Below are positions 57,269 through 64,000 of a DNA stretch of 64,000 nt, piece after piece. The position numbers and the translations under genes are program-made. Source of the DNA: Octopus vulgaris (lineage: Eukaryota); NCBI GenBank assembly GCA_951406725.2, contig OX597824.1, forward strand, positions 17,608,001 through 17,672,000, read 5' to 3'. The notes under the pieces were generated by a model. The model saw only the letters and a program-made list of their open reading frames with translations. It was not told the DNA's origin and searched no databases. Position 1 is the first letter of the stretch; every line of letters starts with the position of its first letter.

Positions 57269-57658
57269 CCTATATACACATATATATGCTAACGAAACAA
57301 ATCCTTATACATATGCGCTCAGTCAAAACTCACTGGAAGCGAGTGTTTTCTTTACAAACGAATATTGGAAGTCTTTGTTAGACGAGTACAAAAGTTGTTT
57401 AACTTCTTTCGTTATTTCACTTTCGTTGGTTTTATTTGCGCGAATAGTCGCGGTTGCGTGTGAGTGTATGTGTGTGTGTGTATGTGTGTGTGTGTGTGAC
57501 TGTGGAGATGTGTGTCAGTGTTTATGTGTACTTTGTGATTCGTTGTCCGTATTTACCAGGATAGAACAACCACAACACTTTAAGATGAGCAACAACAATA
57601 ACAACAACAACAACGACATGGGGAAGCAAAGTACTGCAAATATGCTAAAGTCTCAAAC

Positions 57659-57871
57659 AAGGCGGCGAGCTGGCAGAAATTCTTAGCAGTATTTCGTCTG
57701 CCGCTACGTTCCGAGTTCAAATTCCGCCGAGGTCGACTTTGCCTTTCATCCTCTCGGGGTCGATAAATAAAGAACCAGTCACGCACTGGGGAAGATGTAA
57801 TCGACTTAATCCGTTTGTCTGTCCTTGTTTGTCCTCTCTGTGTTTAGCCCCTTGTGGGTAGTAAAGAAATA
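57659..57871 (+). mobile_element. SINE family A monomer, tail 1
   Basis: Head to ...GTAAAGAAAT; imperfect TSD containing TAAAGTCTCA. Confidence 0.87.
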
Positions 57872-58073
57872 TATATTAAAGTCTCACGGTTTAAAGTTAA
57901 GCTATTGTCAATTTGCAGCAGTACAAAGTTACAATAATAACTGTACCATCCTAAACATCAACAATGATCCACAGCAGTAATAACTAGACCATCACTAACA
58001 GCGACAATAAGAAGACGAACAGAATAAACAAGTAATTTTTTTATTGGTTCTATGTTGATGTATTCCTTCTGGT

Positions 58074-58452
58074 GTGGAGGCGTAATGGCTCAGTGGTTAG
58101 GGCAGCGGACTCGCGGTCGTAGGAACGCAGTTTCGATTCCCAGACCGGGCGTTGCGAGCGTTTACTGAGTGAAAACACTTAAAGCTCCACGAGGCTCCGG
58201 CAAGTGGTAGTAGCGAACCCTGCTGTACACTTTCACACAACTTTCTCTCATTCTTTCTTCCTGTTTCTGTTGTACCGATATTTCAATTGGCCAGCCTTGT
58301 CACACTCTGAGTCATGCTGAATCTCTCCGAGAGCTACGTTAAGGGCACACGTGTCTGCGGAGTGCTCAGCCACTTGCACGTTAATTTCAAGAGGAGGCTG
58401 TACGTTGATCGGATCGACTGGAACCCGCATCGACGTTACCGACGGAGTACCC
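58074..58452 (+). mobile_element. SINE family B, tail i
   Basis: Matches 8470-8850. Confidence 0.88.
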
Positions 58453-59219
58453 CTTCCATATCCCTTCTGGTAGTGGTGGTTGCTGAGGTGGCGGAGACGG
58501 TAGTTTTGAAAGTGTTCGTGTTCGCGTTGGTAGTGGTAGTGCTGCTGGTAGTAGTTTCGGCTACAGTGGGAGTGGTGAAGATCGACGTGGTGTTAGCGGC
58601 GGTGGTGGTGTTGGTGATGCTAATAGTGTTAGCTGCAGTGGTGGTAGCAGTGTTAGTTGCCATGGTGGTGGTGGTGGTGTTAGTGGTTGTAGTGTTAGTG
58701 GTGGTTGTGTTGGCGGTCGTGGTGGTGTATGTGGTGTTAGCTGCGATGTTGGCAGTGGTGCTGGCGGTGTTGATAGTAGTGGTGGTAGTGGTGGTCGTAG
58801 AGGGGATGATGATGTTGGGAGAGTGACGGTGGAAGGGATTTTGTGACGCGTGATCGGTTGTCAACCTTTCTACCATAACAAGACAATGTGATCAACAACA
58901 AAAACCAAAAAAAAAAATTCCTAACGAGCAACTCCTTCAAATACCGTTTCGACAAAAACGACAAAAGTTCAAAAATAACAACAACAACAATGCAATATGA
59001 TTTAAATATAAAATAAATATAAACTAAACAGACTTGTCTTGTCTTGAGTAATGCTTCTTATCGGCTTGTAAGTTCTTCAACATGGGCCGGCAGTCATCTG
59101 TCTGCATGGGGACGACGATGATGATGATCATAATGAAGTGGAGGAGGAGGAGGGGAAAGTGTGTGAGGAGAAGGATTTAAATAACGGAGACCACGATGAT
59201 GCTGACTACGAAGAAGATT

Positions 59220-59368
59220 ATTTTCTACTTTAGGCACAAGGCCCGAAAATTCTGCGGAGGGGGCCAGTCGGATAGATCGAACCCAATACGCAAATGGTAC
59301 TTAATTTATCGACCCCCAAAAGGATGAAAGGCAAAGTCCACCTCGGCGGAATTTGAACTCAGAACGTG
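59220..59368 (-). mobile_element. SINE family A, 3' part, tail 2
   Basis: Central domain plus tail 2. Confidence 0.8.
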
Positions 59369-59902
59369 ATGACGATGGCGGCGGTCTTTGTTGTGGTGGT
59401 GGTGATAGTAGCGATAATCATGAATATAGTTATGCTGCATTCGATGATGATGATGAAGATGATGATGATGATGACGACGAGGATGACGATGATGACGATG
59501 ATGGTGATGATGATGATACTGATGATGACGACGATGGAGCCGAGGGTAACATTGATCACGACCATAGTGCTGATCTTTACCTCGAGAGGAGAAAGACAAT
59601 GAGGACGGAAATATGAATGTGTTATGCGACATCGGAGAAAAATGCGGAAACGGTAAATGGAAAGACAAACTAAATGATTACCCCTAAGTGTGGGTTTCCA
59701 TAACAGCAAAAAAAAGAAACTGTTTAACACTGCTGTAACCGGTGGTTAAATGTTTATATAGAACATATGCGTATATTATGCACACATTCAGAGAAAGCAG
59801 TTCACACATAAGATAGCCTACTCTCTGCGTGCAAGTATCTATCTATCTATCATCAATCTATCTACGCATCAATCTATTTATCTGTCTGTCTGTCTATATA
59901 TG

Positions 59903-59940
59903 TATTAGGTTGGCAACTAAGTTCCCACCGTTTTTCTTAA
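59903..59940. mobile_element. Possible solo mariner-type terminal inverted repeat
   Basis: TA TTAGGTTGGCAACTAAGTTCCC resembles mariner TIR starts; no partner end found. Confidence 0.35.
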
Positions 59941-60138
59941 TTTTTGTGGGTATGTGGAAGTATATTTCTCGGCATTTCTTTTTATTTCGACTATAAATAT
60001 TCGGTAACTTTGTTGGATAAGCGAATTGAAATATTTGTATGGAAATCGTCGTGTGAAGAAACATTATTGTCAAGATGAGATAGCAAGTTAATGTCCAATT
60101 ACATATGATTATTCCCGCACATAAATAGTTATTACATA

Positions 60139-60521
60139 TGGAAGCACTCCGTCGGTTACGACGACGAGGGTTCCGGTTGATCCGAATCAACGGAACAGCC
60201 CGCTCGTGAAATTAACGTGTAAGTGGCTGAGCACTCCACAGACACGTGCACCCTTAACGTAGTACTCAGGGATATTCAGCGTGACACAGAGAGTGACAAG
60301 GCCGGCCCCTTGAAATACAGGTACAACAGAAACAGGAAGTAAGAGTGAGAGAAAGTTGTGGTGAAAGAGTACAGCAGGGATCACCACCATCCCCTGCCGG
60401 AGCCTCGTGGAGCTTTAGGTGTTTTCGTTCAATAAACACTCACAACGCCCGGTCTGGGAATCGAAACCGCGATCCTACGACCGCGACTCCGCTGCCCTAA
60501 CCACTGGGCCATTGCGCCTCC
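60139..60521 (-). mobile_element. SINE family B, tail i, young copy
   Basis: Almost identical to the reverse complement of 8470-8850. Confidence 0.9.
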
Positions 60522-61050
60522 TTAACAACCAATAGCCATCTTGTGAAGAAGTCGAGGTCCATGCAACTGTTGTCATTCGTTTCTCTTTTATACGCCCTTA
60601 TATGTAAATAAATGCGTGTGATTCATTCTTGATAAATTATAAACCCTAATTTTCCCCAATATAAGATATTTCGACAGTTCCTGAATCTCCGTAAGAAACG
60701 GCTTGAATATAGTCAGACTCATGCTTTTCTTCTGAGAGTAGCTAAGAAAGGGATGTCAATTAAGTGAATTCTGCTATTGAAATCTTAAGCTATACACACC
60801 ATAGAGGGAACCTATACTTTCAATTTGAACTTGTTAAAAAACAGTTGTAAATTTTATTCAAATTAATCTCAAAGCACATAACGTTTCAAATTTGAAAATA
60901 AAATTAGTTGGGTTGTTCACGAATAAAATGCATTTCACTGTAAACCTGCCCAATGAAGACTACTTTGGAGCGAAATCCAACAATAATTACAAATCCGAAG
61001 TTATCTTGCAATATTGATCAATTAAGGTAATTTCATATATATATATATAT

Positions 61051-61226
61051 ATATTGTTATATTTCGGAATGGTCATATTGCCAGTTTAGCCAATAAAAAC
61101 ACACGCACTATATATTCGGTGTTATTTTGCTTCAGTGATATTTATTTTTTACATTAATCTTAATCTTATTTCGTGTGTTTTTATTGGCTAAACTGGCAAT
61201 ATGACCATTCCGAAATATAACAATAT
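61051..61226. repeat. Perfect 55-bp inverted repeat with 66-bp spacer between (TA)n tracts
   Basis: 61051-61105 is the exact reverse complement of 61172-61226. Confidence 0.9.
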
Positions 61227-61280
61227 CTGTTTCAACACACGACTTCAACATAAAAAATCTTGCACAACAAATATTTAAAC

Positions 61281-61357
<77 letters not shown>

Positions 61358-61649
61358 ACGTTATCTCGTAGGCACTCTAAATTTCTTTTAAAACATTTTA
61401 TTACATTTAACTTTCTATCTTACAAACTGAAAAGGGAGCTGGAGAAAATTAACTAAATTAGCATAGAATAATGGTTTCATATTATTTTTATTATTAAGAT
61501 CTAAAATGCTAATATACGAAAGCGAAAGACATAGTTTAATAACTGTAAACCTACTTTTTGGGCCTATATATTAATTTATATTTATGATATACCAGGTTTA
61601 TCAGTAAGAAATGCAATGCCCATAAACTTTCTCAGGGTTTCCGATAACG

Positions 61650-62022
61650 TTGTCTCTTGTTGTCTTGAGACAGCATTCACCCGGGGTGGGTTGAGCCTGC
61701 TTCATACATCCTCAATGCTGCATCTCTCACAAACGTCGACCAGACCTGGCGATTTGAGGCTAATGACCGCCTGATCTCCAACCACTCCTTATTCCACCGG
61801 CGAACGCCGTAGACATAGGTTGGGTTCCAGATCAGCCTTGACTCTCATCAGCCAGGTTTTTCGTTGTCCACCACATCGTTTTCGCCAACCCTGAAGGGGA
61901 GCTGGGGAAATTGGTTCGTAGATGAATTCTCCTGGTAGACGACGGAGGGCATGACCCAGCCAACGCAGACATCTCGTTAGGATGACTTGTCGGAGGGAGG
62001 GGATTTTGCACTGGTGTCGCAC
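61650..62022 (-). pseudogene. 3' end of a second RTE-type LINE
   Basis: RCLRWLGHALR...P..GWRKRCGGQRKTW...VKADLE...LASNRQVWSTFVRD; short-repeat tail GACAACAAGAGACAAC. Confidence 0.8.
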
Positions 62023-62469
62023 CGAATTGTTGTGAAGGAGAGGAGATATATTATCCTTAAATCAGAGACCTGACTTTAATGCTTGAAAGTTCTGCTGTAG
62101 GAAATCAAAGTGCCAAGTTGTGGTGTTAACCCAAGTGACAGTTTAAGTCTACTACCTAGGTAGACCCTCACGAGATTTGAACTAAGGATAGAAACATCCA
62201 GAAAAATGACCGCAAGGGATCCATTCGATGATTTTACACTTTTATTCTTGGAAATTAACTGTCCATGACTTGTCTTATTATTTTATCAACTTCGAAAGGA
62301 CGAACGTCAAAGATTAATTTAATGTTATTTGAACCCAGAATGGCAAAAAATATAGTGAGGAATTATATCCGACGCTCAAACGAATTTGGAAATCTGCCAA
62401 CAGCATGTAAGAAATAATAAGTGAACGATAAATAGGAGAGAAGTTAGTATTCTTAAAAAACTAAGAGCA

Positions 62470-63135
62470 GGAGTTAAGTCGATTATATAGAATCCTAGTG
62501 ATCAACCGGTACCCAATTCATCGACTTCAGAAGAATATAATGCAAAGTCGACCTCGCCGGAATTTGAACACAGAACGTACAGACGGACAAAATGCCACTA
62601 AACATTTTGCCTGGGGCGTTAACGATTCTGCGAGATTGCCGCATTAGCGGGCATTCAAAGGCGGTGAGCTCGCAGAATCATTAGCACGCCGGGCAAAATA
62701 CTTCACGGCATTTCGTCCGTCTGAACGTTCTGAGTTCAAATTAAACCGAGGTCGAGTGTGCCTTTGATCCTTTCGGGGTTGATAAAATAAATACCAGTGA
62801 AACACTGGGTTCGATGCAATCGATTTGTCTCTCCCTTCAGAAATTCAGGCCTTCTTCCAATAACAGAAAGGATTAGAGTACGTTTACGATATCTATTTCT
62901 TTTATTTCTTTATTGCCCACAGGAAGCTAAACACAGAGAGGACAAAGAAGGACAGACAAAGGGATAAGTCGATTACATCGACCCAAGTGATTTACTGGTA
63001 CTTATTTAATCGACCCCGAAAGAATGAAAGGCAATGTCGACCTCGGCGGAATTTGAACTCAGAACGTAGCGACAGACGAAATATCGCTAGGCATTTCGCC
63101 CGGCGTGCTAACGTTTCTGCCAGCTCACCGCCTTT
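62470..63135. mobile_element. Cluster of three SINE A copies (-, +, -)
   Basis: 62470-62645 (-), 62658-62870 (+, tail 2) and 62893-63135 (-, tail 1, TSD GTTTACGATAT). Confidence 0.82.
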
Positions 63136-63730
63136 GTGGGTTTACGATATTAACGATCAATTAACAAATGTGAAATGTTTGCGATTAAGAAACGAAACCG
63201 AGACCCAAAGTCGACACCCAATCGTAGTTCTATGCATACGACAGATATGAATAGATGTCATATTCCAGATAATAAATATATAACAATTAAATGTATTTGT
63301 TACATAGAAAACGCAGGAATAGGTCCAGTGTTCAGAGAGAACAATAACGTATCTTTTATAGGAGCATAGAGCTACACTTCATAAATGCTGCCAATATAAT
63401 ATACCATTTATAAATTCTTACACTCGAAGATATGCAGAACATAACCATTCATTGCTTCTGCCAGAGATATCGAAATAAATTTGGTTTGATTTCTAACAAT
63501 AATTCTAATCACCGCTTAGATGTCTTATAGCATATTTTATTAATACACAATGAGATGTATTTAGGATTTATCTGCTTACATTTTAATGAAATATATATTT
63601 TTTTTCTTTTTCCTGTATTTTAAAATTAATACTATCGTATTTTAATTATACACACACATATAAATATTAATATATATATATATATTAATATATGTATGTA
63701 TATATATGTAGGTATGTATATATATAATAT

Positions 63731-63765
<35 letters not shown>

Positions 63766-63845
63766 TGGTTAATAAGTCTTATCTTAATGTATAAAACTTA
63801 AAGCTTATCTCTAACCGTTGCGTTGAAATATATGTATGAGTGTAC

Positions 63846-63881
<36 letters not shown>

Positions 63882-64000
63882 GCTCAAGAAATTCCTATTA
63901 ATATACACAATACGATTCAGAATAGTTTTCTGAGAACATTCTCCAGCAAAACACACGCGCGCACACACACACGCACACACACAGACACACACACAGACAC

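Noticed and set aside
58314-58876. Val-rich / Thr-rich mucin-like ORFs
   Set aside because: Degenerate (GTG/GTA)n low-complexity tract fused to a SINE; both strands are open

Overview
AT-rich, microsatellite-dense eukaryotic DNA with no supportable intact protein-coding gene. The repeat families (tRNA-headed SINEs, CORE/V-like modules, abundant (TA)n, (CA)n, (TAA)n and (CAT)n tracts) suggest an octopus or other coleoid cephalopod intergenic or intronic region; this is an inference, not a database result. The window holds about 40 SINE copies from three modular families (called A, B and C here), fragments of RTE, CR1, Tx1/L1 and R4/Dong LINEs, mariner and maT (DD37D) transposase remnants, a hAT MITE, Helitron-like elements and Penelope-type fragments with minimal hammerhead ribozymes. 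There is also one initiator-tRNA-type gene whose anticodon reads CAC instead of CAT. The most notable observations are: (1) SINE A carries the 3' tail of a Tx1-like LINE and repeatedly inserts at a GGTATT motif found in its own head, with an empty/filled site pair preserved in an inverted duplication; (2) a 558-bp structured non-coding element and a 149-bp mini form sit only inside (TAA)n tracts, next to a TAA-targeting Dong/R4 LINE; (3) the tRNA-iMet body with a CAC anticodon; (4) a near-complete minimal type I hammerhead. Coordinates were read by eye, and the ends of degenerate repeats are approximate.
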